A stretch of DNA of 64,000 nucleotides from Granulicella sp. (GTDB lineage: Bacteria; Acidobacteriota; Terriglobia; Terriglobales; Acidobacteriaceae): positions 45,000 to 108,999 of the forward strand of contig DAHWNL010000015.1 of NCBI GenBank assembly GCA_027339965.1, given 5' to 3'. The notes beneath the pieces were generated by a model. That model did not search any database. It was not told the origin of the DNA and worked only from the letters and a program-made list of their open reading frames with translations. Both the position numbers and the translations under genes were made by a program. How positions within the stretch are numbered: the stretch's first letter is position 1; each line of letters opens with the position of its first letter. Positions 10,019 through 21,037 of this stretch are shown piece by piece.

Positions 10019-10783
10019 ATGCGTTGCGCAGTGAGAGATGTGTTTCTGGGGATTTTGGCAATCGGCCTGGCGGCAGGACCAGGCGCCAGGGCGCAGGGCG
10101 GCGGGCAGGGATCGTACCGTGGCCGCGGCCCGTTTGCCGGGATGCAGCGCGAGCGTGGGGAGGTGACGGCGATCAACGGCGACACGCTGACCGTGACGAC
10201 GGATGAGGGAAGCACCATCCAGGTGGTCACCACCGCAAATACCCGAGTGATGAAGGGGCGCGGGGAGATGATGAAGGTCGCCGACCTCAAAGCCGGCGAT
10301 GGAGTGATGGCGGCCGGGATGCTGGATGCCTCCACGCATACGCTTCATGCCGCAGTTTTGTTTGTTGTGGATGCGGCCCAGATGCAGGCTATGAAGGAGA
10401 ACCTGGGCAAGACGTACATTGTGGGGCGGGTGACGGCCGTGGATCTGGACAACGCGCGGATGACAGTGGAGCGAACGGACCATGTGTCACAGACGATCGG
10501 GTTCGATGAAACGACCTCCTTCCGCAGGGGTGGCCGGATGGTGGGAGGGATGTTCGGAGCCGGGCCGGGCGGAGCCGGTTCAGGCCGATCGGGTGCGGCA
10601 ACTCCCGAGCCGGGCGGCGATAGCATCACGCTGGCCGATATCAAGGTGGGCGAGATGGTGCGGGGAACAGGCTCGGTCAAGAATGGAATCTTTGTACCAA
10701 CGGAGCTGGTGGTCATGGAGCGTGGACGACGCAGAGAGGGAGGCGGAGCCATGGGTGGAAGCGCTGCGCCGGTTCCGCAATAA
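10019..10783 (+). CDS. Exported DUF5666-like tandem OB-fold protein
   Basis: Signal peptide; two repeats 'RGEVTAINGDTLTV..ADLKAGDGV' and 'VGRVTAVD..ADIKVGEMV'. Confidence 0.65.
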   Translation: MRCAVRDVFLGILAIGLAAGPGARAQGGGQGSYRGRGPFAGMQRERGEVTAINGDTLTVTTDEGSTIQVVTTANTRVMKGRGEMMKVADLKAGDGVMAAGMLDASTHTLHAAVLFVVDAAQMQAMKENLGKTYIVGRVTAVDLDNARMTVERTDHVSQTIGFDETTSFRRGGRMVGGMFGAGPGGAGSGRSGAATPEPGGDSITLADIKVGEMVRGTGSVKNGIFVPTELVVMERGRRREGGGAMGGSAAPVPQ

Positions 10784-10920
10784 GGCCGGCTACAAGTTGC
10801 CGAGCCCCCTGAGAACGAAGGGCAACTGACTGCGCAGTGTGGATCAGGTAAAGAAACATTCCATCCTCGGTGAGCTGCTGGCGGAACAGCGACGATCCAC
10901 CAGCGGAAGGAGACGTCTAC

Positions 10921-13900
10921 GTGGAGGCGTGCAAGATCAAAGCGACCGTCAGTGCAGCGATGGGGCTAACGGTGAGCATCATGGGGTTGCTGCTGCATGG
11001 CGCCGCAGTTCTGGCCCAGAACCCGGCTGCCCAGACTCCAGCCGTTCAGGGCTCGGCTGCGGCCGGGCGCGCCGTTCTCCAGCGCAGCTCTGCGCAGCTC
11101 ACCTCTGCGGCGTCACGCAGCGCGGAGCCTGCGCCGCTCCAGGGCGTGCCCGCCAACGAAACTGCCGGCGGAGCCACTTTACCTGAGGACGGCAATCAGG
11201 GTGGGACCATTCAAGGCCGGGTGGTCGCCGGAGCCGTGGCCAAGGGCAGAGGAGTTCCCCTCCCCGGGGTCGCGATGACAGCGACCAACACGCTGACCGG
11301 ACGGAAGTATGCCACCACCACGGATATCGATGGCAAGTACGCGATGGCGATTCCGCGCAATGGGCGGTACGTGGTACGGGCCGATCTGATGGGCTTCGCC
11401 ACGGCCACGCGGGAGGTGGTGCTGAACGGAGTGGAGGCGCAGGCGGCAAAGCAGGGAATCAGAGTTCTGCCCGCGGTGACCGACTTTGGCTTGCAACTGG
11501 CGAGCCAGGTGGAAGAGGCGACCAGGCGAGAGGAACCGAACAGTAGCCGCAGTGCCGGATCTGGAACCCAGGGGCTCAGCCTGAGCTTGAGCAGCGAAGG
11601 CGGGCTGGATGCCACCATGGGCGAGCAGAATGCGGGTGTGGCTCTTCCAACCATGTTGGGAGCGGGCGATGAGGCGGAGGATTCTGTGACGGTGAATGGC
11701 GTTACCGGCGCGACCAACGGGTTGGCGAATCTCAGCGAAGAGGAGATTCAGCAGCGCATTCAGAACGCCATTGCGCAAGCTCGCGCCAGCGGCATGCTGC
11801 CAGCTGGAGGAAATCCCGCCACTGTGGCCGCCGGGGCGCTGGGCGGCATGATGGGCGGACCCGGCTTCAGGAGCGGACCTGGAGGCGCCGGCGGGAGGCC
11901 GGGAGGCTTTGGCGGCTTTGGCGGCTTTGGCCGCGGAGGATTCCGGAACTTCAATCCAGCGCAGCCGCATGGAAGCATCTTCTATCAGACCAGTAATGCG
12001 GCGCTTAACTCGGCCCAGTGGTCCCCTGATCTTCAGCCACAGACCAAGCCTTCCTCGTACACCAACAACTTTGGCGTGACGCTGGCCGGGTCGCCGTACA
12101 TTCCAGGGTTGATCAAGCCGAACATCAGCCAGTTCATGTTTTTGAATGTGACTGGACAGAAGAATCTGAACGCCTTTCTGGGCGGACCATCGCGGGTTCC
12201 CACGGCGCTGGAGCGCCAAGGAAACTTCTCCCAGTCGACCCAGGTTGTCAACGGCGTGACGGTGCCGGTGGAGATCTACGATCCGAAGACCGGCCTGCCG
12301 GTCACGGACAATAATCTGGCCAACGCGACCACGCCCATGTCCGCCCAGGCGCTGGCGCTGTTGCAGTACTACCCGGCGCCGAATATCCCAACCAATGCGG
12401 AAGGATATAACTACGAGACGATCTCCAACGCGGGCAACAACCAGATTGCGATCAATACCCGCTATGTGCGCACGGTGGGGGGCATGGGCGGTTCGCCCTT
12501 CGCCTTCTTCCGGCAGAGGAACTCGAACCTGCCTCCATCGCTGAGGCAGAACATCAACCTCGCCTATCACTACTCGCACTCGGCCAGCGATCTGCGCAAC
12601 ATCTTTCTTCCTCTGGGAGGAACCACGGCGACCGACGGCAACCTACTGAGCGCGGGATACACGTTAGGCTACGGGCGGTTCACCAACCACGCCACGGTGA
12701 CCTGGAACCGGCTGAACACCCAGACCCAGAATTACTTTACGAACACCTCCAATGATCCCTCCACGACGGTGGGCTTGACGATTCCAAATGCGGGCGGTGG
12801 GCTGACGGCGACGAAGTTCTATAACGGTCTGCCGACGCTGAACATCTCCAACTTTGCCACGCTCTCCAATACCACACCCACTCTGTTGACGAACCAGGCC
12901 ATCAGCATCTCCTACTTTGCGGCCTATCGTCATAGCAAACACAATCTGCGTATGGGATTTGACGTTCGGTGGGTACAGGCGAACGAGATCGGCAGCAGGG
13001 ATCCGCTGGGGCAGTTTACTTTTTCCGGTTACGCGACCGAGAGCCCGGCCGACCAGGCCCGAGGAAGTCGGGCGACGACTGGTTCGGGGTTTGCCGATTT
13101 TCTGCTGGGACTTCCGCAGAGTACAGCGATTGAGTCGCTGCTCAACAAGATTTATCTGCGCGAGAACGTTTTCGACTGGTTCGCTACGGATGACTTCCGG
13201 GCAGCCTCCAATCTGACGTTGAACTACGGGGTGCGGTACGAGTATTTTGCGCCCTATACCGAGAAGAACAACCGGATCGTCAACCTGGATCACAATGCGA
13301 ACTTCACCGAGGTGGATCCCGTAGAGCCAGGCGGCACGGGAACGTATGAGGGCAAGTTTCCGGCGGGGCTGATCAATCCAGACCGCACGATGTATGCTCC
13401 TCGGCTGGGTTTTGCGTGGCGGCCGACGGGAGCCTCCAACCTGGCCAACGGCAACAACGTGATCGGGGAGTTGGTGGGCAAGCTGCTGCAACACTGGGTG
13501 GTGCGCGGCGGATATGGCATCAACTACAACACCGGGCAGTTTGGGACCATCGCCAGGTCGCTGGCCTACCAGCCGCCGTTTGCCATCACGCAGACCAACG
13601 ATATCCCAGTCGCCAGCAGCGGGAATCCAACGCCGTCCGCCACCGGATGCGTTACCACCACTCCAACAACAACGGCTAATATGACGCTGGGTAACGGCTT
13701 TGGTTGCTCCACGGCGGAGTTGGTGGAGAACGATTATGCGGTGAACAAGAACTATCGGCTGGGGATGGTGCAGGCTTACAACCTGAATCTGCAACGGACG
13801 CTGCCGTTGCAGATCGTGATGAACCTGGGCTACAGCGGGGCAAAGGGAAGTGGTCTAGACGTTGTGGGCTCACCCAACAGCACCCCGGACGGAGTCCTGA

Positions 13901-14664
13901 CGCCCGGGATCTCCCCCTTTTCTTATGAGACCTCGGTGGCGGGATCCCATGCCAACTCGCTGGTGGTCAGCTTTCAGAAGCGGCAACAGAAGGGGATCTC
14001 GATGGGAGTCACTTACACTTATGGGCATTCGATCGATGATGCGTCTTCCGTAGGCGGCTCAAGCGCCACCAGTGTGCAGGACTTCCGGAAGTTGTATCTG
14101 GAGGAGGGGAACTCATCGTTTGACATACGCCAGAGCGCCAGCGGCAATTGGCTCCTGGAACTTCCCTTCGGGCCCAACCGGAGGTTCTTCAACCAGGGCG
14201 GGTTCTGGTCGCGCGCACTGGATGGATTTTTACTGAGTGGGACGTTCACGTTCTCGACAGGTCAGTACTTCACTCCGTCCTACTCGGGCAGTCAGGCCGA
14301 GGCTGCTTCCGGCGGTCTGTTCACGCTGCGACCGGACCGAGTCTTCAGTGCGCCAATCAACGGAACGGGCAGAGTGAATGACTTCTTCAACAAGGCTGCC
14401 TTCACGGCTCCGGCGGGAGAGTATGGGACGGCTTCACGCGATTCCATTGAGGGGCCAGGCACCGTTTCCGTGGATGCATCGCTCTCGCGGCTCATGCAGT
14501 TCGCCGGAACCCGCTCCCTGGAGATGCGAGTGACAGCCGATAACGTCTTCAATACAGTGCAGTACAACCAAATCGATACGACGGAGAACTCGGCGAACTT
14601 TGGCGAGGTAACCAGCTCGGCTCCCATGCGGTCCTTGCTGGTCCAGGCACGCTACAGATTCTAG
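10921..14664 (+). CDS. TonB-dependent receptor (Oar-like) with N-terminal carboxypeptidase-regulatory-like domain; start uncertain
   Basis: 'NLTLNYGVRYEYF', 'APRLGFAWRP', 'VVRGGYGINY', terminal 'RSLLVQARYRF'. Confidence 0.88.
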   Translation: MEACKIKATVSAAMGLTVSIMGLLLHGAAVLAQNPAAQTPAVQGSAAAGRAVLQRSSAQLTSAASRSAEPAPLQGVPANETAGGATLPEDGNQGGTIQGRVVAGAVAKGRGVPLPGVAMTATNTLTGRKYATTTDIDGKYAMAIPRNGRYVVRADLMGFATATREVVLNGVEAQAAKQGIRVLPAVTDFGLQLASQVEEATRREEPNSSRSAGSGTQGLSLSLSSEGGLDATMGEQNAGVALPTMLGAGDEAEDSVTVNGVTGATNGLANLSEEEIQQRIQNAIAQARASGMLPAGGNPATVAAGALGGMMGGPGFRSGPGGAGGRPGGFGGFGGFGRGGFRNFNPAQPHGSIFYQTSNAALNSAQWSPDLQPQTKPSSYTNNFGVTLAGSPYIPGLIKPNISQFMFLNVTGQKNLNAFLGGPSRVPTALERQGNFSQSTQVVNGVTVPVEIYDPKTGLPVTDNNLANATTPMSAQALALLQYYPAPNIPTNAEGYNYETISNAGNNQIAINTRYVRTVGGMGGSPFAFFRQRNSNLPPSLRQNINLAYHYSHSASDLRNIFLPLGGTTATDGNLLSAGYTLGYGRFTNHATVTWNRLNTQTQNYFTNTSNDPSTTVGLTIPNAGGGLTATKFYNGLPTLNISNFATLSNTTPTLLTNQAISISYFAAYRHSKHNLRMGFDVRWVQANEIGSRDPLGQFTFSGYATESPADQARGSRATTGSGFADFLLGLPQSTAIESLLNKIYLRENVFDWFATDDFRAASNLTLNYGVRYEYFAPYTEKNNRIVNLDHNANFTEVDPVEPGGTGTYEGKFPAGLINPDRTMYAPRLGFAWRPTGASNLANGNNVIGELVGKLLQHWVVRGGYGINYNTGQFGTIARSLAYQPPFAITQTNDIPVASSGNPTPSATGCVTTTPTTTANMTLGNGFGCSTAELVENDYAVNKNYRLGMVQAYNLNLQRTLPLQIVMNLGYSGAKGSGLDVVGSPNSTPDGVLTPGISPFSYETSVAGSHANSLVVSFQKRQQKGISMGVTYTYGHSIDDASSVGGSSATSVQDFRKLYLEEGNSSFDIRQSASGNWLLELPFGPNRRFFNQGGFWSRALDGFLLSGTFTFSTGQYFTPSYSGSQAEAASGGLFTLRPDRVFSAPINGTGRVNDFFNKAAFTAPAGEYGTASRDSIEGPGTVSVDASLSRLMQFAGTRSLEMRVTADNVFNTVQYNQIDTTENSANFGEVTSSAPMRSLLVQARYRF

Positions 14665-14702
14665 AGCCAGAAGCGCAAAGGGAAGACGGCAGAAGGAGAC
14701 AG

Positions 14703-16874
14703 ATGCGGCGAATCGTGGCATCGGCGTTGGCGATCATGATGGGTCTGGGCCCCGGCGCAGGATCTGCGTTGGGCCAGGGAGCGGGGCAGACGGCGCCGAG
14801 CCTGGCCCCCACGCAGAGTTCGGCGTCCGCGCAGACGGTGCAGAAGATGGGCGCCGGAACCTTCCGGATGAAGGTGAGCACAAACATTGTGCTGACCAAT
14901 GTGGTGGTGCGGGATCGGAAGACAGGCGAGGTGGTGAAGGGGCTGAAAGCCAGCGACTTCCATATCTACGAGAACAAACGGGAACAGAAGATCATCAGCT
15001 TCGACTACGAGAACGTGGACCATGCAGTCACGCTGGCCGAGCAGACAACGGCTGAAGGAAGGATGTCTGTGGCGGATCTGCTGAACGGAAACTATGTGGC
15101 CGATCAGAAGATGTTGAAGAATCATCGCCTTATCGTGATCTTCTTCGATCTGAGCTCGATGCAGGATGAGGATATCGATCGCGCAGTGGACGCCGCTGAG
15201 CAGTACGTGAAGACCCAGATGCGGCCCGCGGATCTGGTGGCGCTGGTGAGCATGTCGACCGGGTTATCCCTGGACCAGGACTTCACCTCCAACAAGACAG
15301 CGCTGCTGCACGTGCTGGCCAATTACAACGGTACGGATGAGACCGGTTTCTCCAACGGCACCACCGGTTCCACCAGCGGAACGCCCGATGATTCGGGATC
15401 GTTTGCCGCCAACGACACCGAGTTCAACAGCCTGAATACGGACCGTGAGTTGCTCGCCATTCGCGCTATCGCCAAGAGCCTGGAGAAGACGGCGCAGCGC
15501 AAGTCCATGCTGTACTTTTCTGGCGGGCTGACCAAGAATGGCATTGAAAATGAGGCCAGCCTGAGGGCCGCAACCAATGAGGCGGCCAAGGCGAACATGG
15601 CCATCTACTCTGTGGATGCGCGGGGACTGCAAGCTCTCTCCCCGCTGGGAGATGCAACCCAGGGAAGCCTGCGCGGCAACTCAGCCTACAGCGGCGCAGC
15701 GGCGACGGCGCAGTTCAGCTCGAACTACAGCTCGCAGTCGACGCTGAGCACACTGAGTACGGACACCGGGGGCAAGGCATTCTTTGATGCGAATGACTTC
15801 GCTCCCGCCTTTGAGCAGGTTCAACACGATACGGAGGCCTATTACATTCTTGGTTTCCGGTCAACGAACCCGAAGATGGATGGCTCCTATCGGCACCTGC
15901 TGGTGAAGGTAGACCGGCCGGATGTGAAACTGGAGTACAGGTCTGGATACTATGCGGCAGCGGACTTCCGGCACCAGAAGAGCGAGGACCGAGAAGAAGC
16001 CCTGAACGAACAGATGCGCAGCGACCTGCCGGCAACCGATGTAGCGGTGTATCTGCAGGCGCTCTACTTCATGGAGGAGCGAAACATGTACTCCGTCCCG
16101 GTGAGCCTGATTGTGCCGGGCTCCCAGATTCCGTTTGTCAAAGGCGGCGACCGGGACAAGGCCGCGCTGGACATCTTAGGACAGGTGAAGAACGCTGAGG
16201 GCATTGTGGTTGGCAACGTGCGCCAGACGGTGAGGTTGGCCGTGAACCAGTCGCAGCAGGTTCGGCAGAAGAACATCGAGTACACGACGAACTTTAACCT
16301 GGCGCCGGGGCACTATCATTTGAAGTTTGTGGTGCGCGAAGATCAGACGGGAAACATGGGAAGTTTTGAGACCGATATCCAGGTTCCGGATCTGAAGAAG
16401 GCTCCGTTGAAGATGAGTTCGGTGCTGATCGCCAGCCAGAGAGTGCCCGAAAAGGACAAGTATGGCCAAAACCCGCTGGTGCGCGACGGTCTGGAGTGGG
16501 TACCCAATGTGGCGCATGTCTTCCGCCAGGGGCAGCATCTTTACGTCCTGTACGAGGTGTATGACCCGGCGCAGGAGAAGGGTGCGCGGAAGGATCCGAT
16601 TCGGGTGCTGACCAGCATCGAGTTCATGCGCAAGGGCACCAGGGTCTATGAGACACCGGTGGTGACAGCGCAGAAGGTGAATGATCCGGTACATAACGCG
16701 GCGGTCTTCCAGTTTGATGTTCCGGTAGAGCAGTTGAAGCCGGGAACCTACATCTGTCAGGTCAACGTGATTGACGATGCAGCGGCCAGCTTCAGGTTTC
16801 CGCGCCTGGCGCTGAAGGTGGAATCGACGGCCGCGCCAGCGCCCGCGGTAGCCGGGGTGGTAGGGACAAAGTGA
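14703..16874 (+). CDS. Acidobacterial-type VWA domain protein
   Basis: Signal peptide; 'VVVRDRKTGEVVKGLKASDFHIYEN', MIDAS-like 'FFDLSSM', 'IYSVDARGL', 'TGGKAF', 'YYILGF'. Confidence 0.85.
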   Translation: MRRIVASALAIMMGLGPGAGSALGQGAGQTAPSLAPTQSSASAQTVQKMGAGTFRMKVSTNIVLTNVVVRDRKTGEVVKGLKASDFHIYENKREQKIISFDYENVDHAVTLAEQTTAEGRMSVADLLNGNYVADQKMLKNHRLIVIFFDLSSMQDEDIDRAVDAAEQYVKTQMRPADLVALVSMSTGLSLDQDFTSNKTALLHVLANYNGTDETGFSNGTTGSTSGTPDDSGSFAANDTEFNSLNTDRELLAIRAIAKSLEKTAQRKSMLYFSGGLTKNGIENEASLRAATNEAAKANMAIYSVDARGLQALSPLGDATQGSLRGNSAYSGAAATAQFSSNYSSQSTLSTLSTDTGGKAFFDANDFAPAFEQVQHDTEAYYILGFRSTNPKMDGSYRHLLVKVDRPDVKLEYRSGYYAAADFRHQKSEDREEALNEQMRSDLPATDVAVYLQALYFMEERNMYSVPVSLIVPGSQIPFVKGGDRDKAALDILGQVKNAEGIVVGNVRQTVRLAVNQSQQVRQKNIEYTTNFNLAPGHYHLKFVVREDQTGNMGSFETDIQVPDLKKAPLKMSSVLIASQRVPEKDKYGQNPLVRDGLEWVPNVAHVFRQGQHLYVLYEVYDPAQEKGARKDPIRVLTSIEFMRKGTRVYETPVVTAQKVNDPVHNAAVFQFDVPVEQLKPGTYICQVNVIDDAAASFRFPRLALKVESTAAPAPAVAGVVGTK

Positions 16875-17201
16875 CCCGATCGAGAGTGCGGCTCCGCCCG
16901 AGCTCCGATCATCTTGCGCCCGGAAATTGCTATGCTCACCGGGGAGGCGTTTGAGGGAGAAGCAGGAGCCGGGTTGAAGACCCGATGCAAGAGTCAGAAA
17001 CGCGCTCTTGGGCTGCGCGAGCAGCGGGGCCCCACATCGCAAAAGGCGAGAAGCAGGATGCCCACCATTCACCGCTGGGCAGAGAGTCTGCAGGCGGGGT
17101 CCGGCCGGCCCGCTAACCTACCAAAACTTGGAGCTGAGAAAGCGTCAGCAGCCGTACACTGTGCTAAGCCGAAGATTGGCGCAAGGCAAGGAGGGTCTCT
17201 C

Positions 17202-18227
17202 GTGAAATGGTTCCGTCTGGGCACTGCTGGGCTTTCGGGCCTGTCTCTGGGGTTGCTACTGGCTTCTGCCGGAGCTGGGGCGCAGACCCGCCCCTCATCC
17301 CGTGCGGCGGCAGCAAAGTACCGCACCAACTTCATGGTCTATGACGTGCGGACAAAAGCGACGCAGAAGCTCTTCTCGCTGGAGGGAGAGTGGCATGCTC
17401 CCAACTGGAGCGCCGATGGGCTGTTCTTTATCTCTGACATGGGCGGATCCCTCTATCGCATTCCATTGCAAGGCGCCAACCGAGCAAAGCCGGAGAAGAT
17501 CGATGCGAACTCCAAGCTGACCTTCACCAACGACCATGCTCTTTCCTGGGATGGAAGGCGTATCGGCGCTACCGCGATCAGGCTTCCCATGCCGGCGCAT
17601 GCTCGCGGCGCGGCGGGCCTCGCCAATCCAATTCTGCTGATGGACAGTGATGGGAGCTCCGTACGAGAGATTCGTCCGGGCTGGATGCATGGCTGGTCAC
17701 CCGACAGCAAGTACCTGGCCTGCACCGAGACCCTGGGGCGTGGCTCCCATATCTATCGCATCCAAGCGGATGGAAGCGACGCATTGCAGATGACCTCAGG
17801 CAACACCAGGGACGACGGACCGGAGTACTCCGCAGACGGCAAGTGGATTTATTTCTGTTCCAACCGCTCCGGCAAGTGGGATGTATGGCGCATGCCCGCC
17901 AGCGGCGCGGGGCCAGGAGACAAACGGGCACAGCAGATCACGCGCGGCTCCGACACGCAGGACTGGTTTCCACACCTCTCCCGGGATGGCGAGTGGCTGT
18001 ATACCGTCTCCTACCCGCCGGATCAGCCGGACCATGGATACATTGGGGAAGGCATGAAGATCAAGCTGCTGCGGCTCAAAAACGGCCTACCTGCAAAAGG
18101 CTTCGAACTGACGACGGTGCGAAGTTTTTTTGGTGGCCAGGGATCAGGCAATACCAGTGGCTGGTCTCCAGATTCGAAGAAGTTCGCCTGGACGGAGTAC
18201 GTGAAGGTGTCAGCGTCGACAAGATAA
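17202..18227 (+). CDS. TolB-like (PD40) beta-propeller exported protein
   Basis: GTG after AAGGAGG; 'APNWSADG', 'HGWSPDS', 'DDGPEYSADGKWIYF', 'DWFPHLSRDG'. Confidence 0.8.
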   Translation: MKWFRLGTAGLSGLSLGLLLASAGAGAQTRPSSRAAAAKYRTNFMVYDVRTKATQKLFSLEGEWHAPNWSADGLFFISDMGGSLYRIPLQGANRAKPEKIDANSKLTFTNDHALSWDGRRIGATAIRLPMPAHARGAAGLANPILLMDSDGSSVREIRPGWMHGWSPDSKYLACTETLGRGSHIYRIQADGSDALQMTSGNTRDDGPEYSADGKWIYFCSNRSGKWDVWRMPASGAGPGDKRAQQITRGSDTQDWFPHLSRDGEWLYTVSYPPDQPDHGYIGEGMKIKLLRLKNGLPAKGFELTTVRSFFGGQGSGNTSGWSPDSKKFAWTEYVKVSASTR

Positions 18228-18287
18228 TCGCATTTCCAGACGCGCCTGAACCACAGGCCCACGTGAGCTAAGCTCCAAGGAGAGATT

Positions 18288-19247
18288 GTGAAGATTGGCG
18301 TCTTTACCCCACTGCTTTCCGAGCTTCCGTTATCCGGCGTTTTGCGCAAGCTGAAGACGCTGCAGATCGAGACGGTGGAACTTGGTACAGGCAATTATCC
18401 CGGGGATGCTCATTGCAAGCTCTCCATGCTGGAGAGTCCATCCGAGTTGCGGAAGTTCCAGAGCGTTCTCGCCGACCATGGTGCGACCATCAGCGCGCTC
18501 AGTTGCCACGGCAATCCGTTGCACCCCGTCCGCGAGCGCGCCACGCATGACCGGGAGATCAGCCGGAGAACGATTCTTCTTGCCGAACGGCTTGGGATTC
18601 CGGTGGTCGTCGAGTTTTCAGGATGTCCGGGAGATTCGCCGCAGGCGACGGCCCCGAACTGGGTGACGTGCGCCTGGCCTCCGGATTATCCCAAGGTTCT
18701 GGAGTGGCAATGGAGCGAGGTAGTCGCTCCCTACTGGAGCAACCATGCAAAGTTTGCCGCGGAGCATGGGGTCAGGATCGCCATCGAGATGCACCCGGGA
18801 TTTGTGGTCTACAGTCCAGAGACGCTTTTGAAGCTGCGCGCCCTGGCCGGGACCGAAGTTGGCTGCAACCTTGATCCCAGTCATCTTTTCTGGCAGGGAA
18901 TTGATCCGATCGCCGCCATCGGCGCTCTGCGCGGCGCGATCTATCACGTCCATGCCAAAGACACGCAGATGTATCGTGGCAATTTGGCTGTAACCGGCGT
19001 GCTGGACACCAAAGCCTATACCGATGAGCAACGCCGCGCCTGGATCTTCCGCACCTGCGGTTATGGCCATGGGGCGGAGTGGTGGAAGGAGTTCGTCTCC
19101 ACGCTGCGTCTCTACGGCTATGACGGCACGCTCTCCATCGAACATGAAGACAGCCTGCTCTCGCCCGAGGAAGGGCTGACCAAGGCGGCGCGGTTCCTGA
19201 ACGAGATTGTGATCTCCCAACCGGCGGCAACGGCGTGGTGGGCATAG
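18288..19247 (+). CDS. Sugar phosphate isomerase/epimerase (xylose-isomerase-like TIM barrel)
   Basis: 'IAIEMHPG', 'NLDPSHL', 'HVHAKD', 'LSIEHED'. Confidence 0.88.
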   Translation: MKIGVFTPLLSELPLSGVLRKLKTLQIETVELGTGNYPGDAHCKLSMLESPSELRKFQSVLADHGATISALSCHGNPLHPVRERATHDREISRRTILLAERLGIPVVVEFSGCPGDSPQATAPNWVTCAWPPDYPKVLEWQWSEVVAPYWSNHAKFAAEHGVRIAIEMHPGFVVYSPETLLKLRALAGTEVGCNLDPSHLFWQGIDPIAAIGALRGAIYHVHAKDTQMYRGNLAVTGVLDTKAYTDEQRRAWIFRTCGYGHGAEWWKEFVSTLRLYGYDGTLSIEHEDSLLSPEEGLTKAARFLNEIVISQPAATAWWA

Positions 19248-19401
19248 GCACCGCGCTGCAAAAGAGAAGAAGAATGGATGGGGACAGTGGCCGCCCGGCG
19301 GGCTCGATTCGATAGGTCTCCCGAGAGGTTCTCAGACCCGCCGGGCTGATCGAGATCACGGCCGGAGTCTGGAGTCTGCCTGTTGGCCGGCCCACTTTCG
19401 C

Positions 19402-19620
19402 TTACTTGTAAGGACAATGCCGGCAGCCGGTGTTGCAGCAGAAGCCTCTGCGCAGGTGGTAAGCGGCGGTGAAGACCAGATAGGGACCCTCCATGTAAAA
19501 GTCTTCCGGCAGAAGAGAGGGACCTGGCGCGCGAACACCCAAATCCCCGGGCACTGCCGATGGCCGCGCGGCGGAGATCGCGGATTCTGCCTGCTTGATA
19601 TCCTCACCGCAATCGCTCAT
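19402..19620 (-). CDS. Small Cys-rich DUF5522-like protein
   Basis: 'FYMEGPYLVFTAAYHLRRGFCCNTGCRHCPY'. Confidence 0.75.
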   Translation of the reverse strand: MSDCGEDIKQAESAISAARPSAVPGDLGVRAPGPSLLPEDFYMEGPYLVFTAAYHLRRGFCCNTGCRHCPYK

Positions 19621-19696
19621 CGCTCGTCTCGGAAAGCTCGGCACATGGCTGGGGGAAGCCTGACGGCTCACCAGAGTCTTTATTGTATCCGCGCGA

Positions 19697-21007
19697 TCAC
19701 AGCCGGGGATCGAGTGTTGAAGGGCCTCGGCGGAGCGGCGGCACAGTTCGCTGCGCGCATCCGACCAGGCCGAGGAAGCGGTTGGGAGCGAGTCCCGCGC
19801 CGGGAAATATCAGGTCGAGATTCCTGGCTCCCATCGTCTGCGTGACCAACTCGGCCAGCACTTGGCGATAGTCGGTGGTCAGCGCCAGATCGCGCCCCTG
19901 ATTGAGCTGCTCGTTGCTTAGGCCCGGCCAGCGGCCGTAGACCTTACCGCCTTTTACCTGCCCGCCGAGCACGAAGATGGCGTTGGCGTGTCCGTGGTCG
20001 GTGCCGCCGGTACCGTTTTCTCGAGCGGTGCGGCCGAATTCAGACAACGTGACAAGGGTGACGTTCTCGGAGCTGTCGCCCAGGTCGCGCCAGAAGGCCG
20101 CGATACCGTCAGAGAAGTCGCGCAGCCGGTTGGCAAGCTGACCCTGGACGCCCCCCTGCGCCTGATGCGTGTCCCAGCCCAGAATATCCGTAAAAGCGGC
20201 CTCCACGCCGAGATTGGCCTTGAGCAATTGCGCAATCTGCCGCATGGAGCTTCCAAACTCGCTGTTGGGATAGTTGGCTCCGTTGGCGGGTTGGTAGCGC
20301 ACAGGGTCCGCGGCGCGTAGCATCTTTACCGCGTCGAAGGTCTCATCGCCGGCGGCGCGCAGAAGTTGATCGCCGGTTTCGGCATACATGGCCTCAAAGG
20401 CCTGGGCAGCCGGCGAGAGTGTGGGTCCACGGCCAGCCACGGCGAAGCTGCTCAGGTTGGCGATGGCGATGGCTGGTACGCGTCCCATGAGCGTCAGCGG
20501 AACTTCCGATCCGAGAGCTAGCGCGCGAAAGGCGGTGTGGGGTTCGCCGCAGCAGGCATCCTGCGCCTGAAGCGCGCGGTTCAGCCAGCCGTCGCGGGTG
20601 CTTTTTACATCCGGGGTGCCCGCCTCCATATAATCCTGGGCGTCGAAGTGCGAGCGGTTCATGCTGGGAGATCCTGCGGCGTGCACAATGGCCAGGTGTC
20701 CCTGCTGATAGAGCGGCTGGAAGGACGCCAGCGCCGGATGCAGGCCGAAGAAGCCGTCCAGGTCGAGCACCTGGTTCTCCGCAATGGCGATGGTTGGGCG
20801 CATCGCATAGTAGTTCTTCTCGCGAAAGGGAACCACGACGTTCAAGCCGTCGGCCGCGCCTCGCTGGAAGACGACGACCAGACGCCGGCCAGGAATGGCC
20901 GCGGCAGCCTGGGCGAGCACACTGCGCACCAGGAAGCTGGGAATCGTCGCTGTGCCAGCCACGGCGAGAGCGCCGTGGTGCAGGAAGAAGCGGCGGGTGA
21001 TCGGCAT
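19697..21007 (-). CDS. DUF1501 family protein with Tat signal
   Basis: 'TRRFFL' twin-arginine motif; 'RGAADGLN', 'RSHFDAQ', 'GWDTH', 'SEFGRT', 'GTDHG'. Confidence 0.9.
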   Translation of the reverse strand: MPITRRFFLHHGALAVAGTATIPSFLVRSVLAQAAAAIPGRRLVVVFQRGAADGLNVVVPFREKNYYAMRPTIAIAENQVLDLDGFFGLHPALASFQPLYQQGHLAIVHAAGSPSMNRSHFDAQDYMEAGTPDVKSTRDGWLNRALQAQDACCGEPHTAFRALALGSEVPLTLMGRVPAIAIANLSSFAVAGRGPTLSPAAQAFEAMYAETGDQLLRAAGDETFDAVKMLRAADPVRYQPANGANYPNSEFGSSMRQIAQLLKANLGVEAAFTDILGWDTHQAQGGVQGQLANRLRDFSDGIAAFWRDLGDSSENVTLVTLSEFGRTARENGTGGTDHGHANAIFVLGGQVKGGKVYGRWPGLSNEQLNQGRDLALTTDYRQVLAELVTQTMGARNLDLIFPGAGLAPNRFLGLVGCAQRTVPPLRRGPSTLDPRL

Positions 21008-21037
21008 GTCTTGATCTCCTTTTTTATCCCTATCTGG

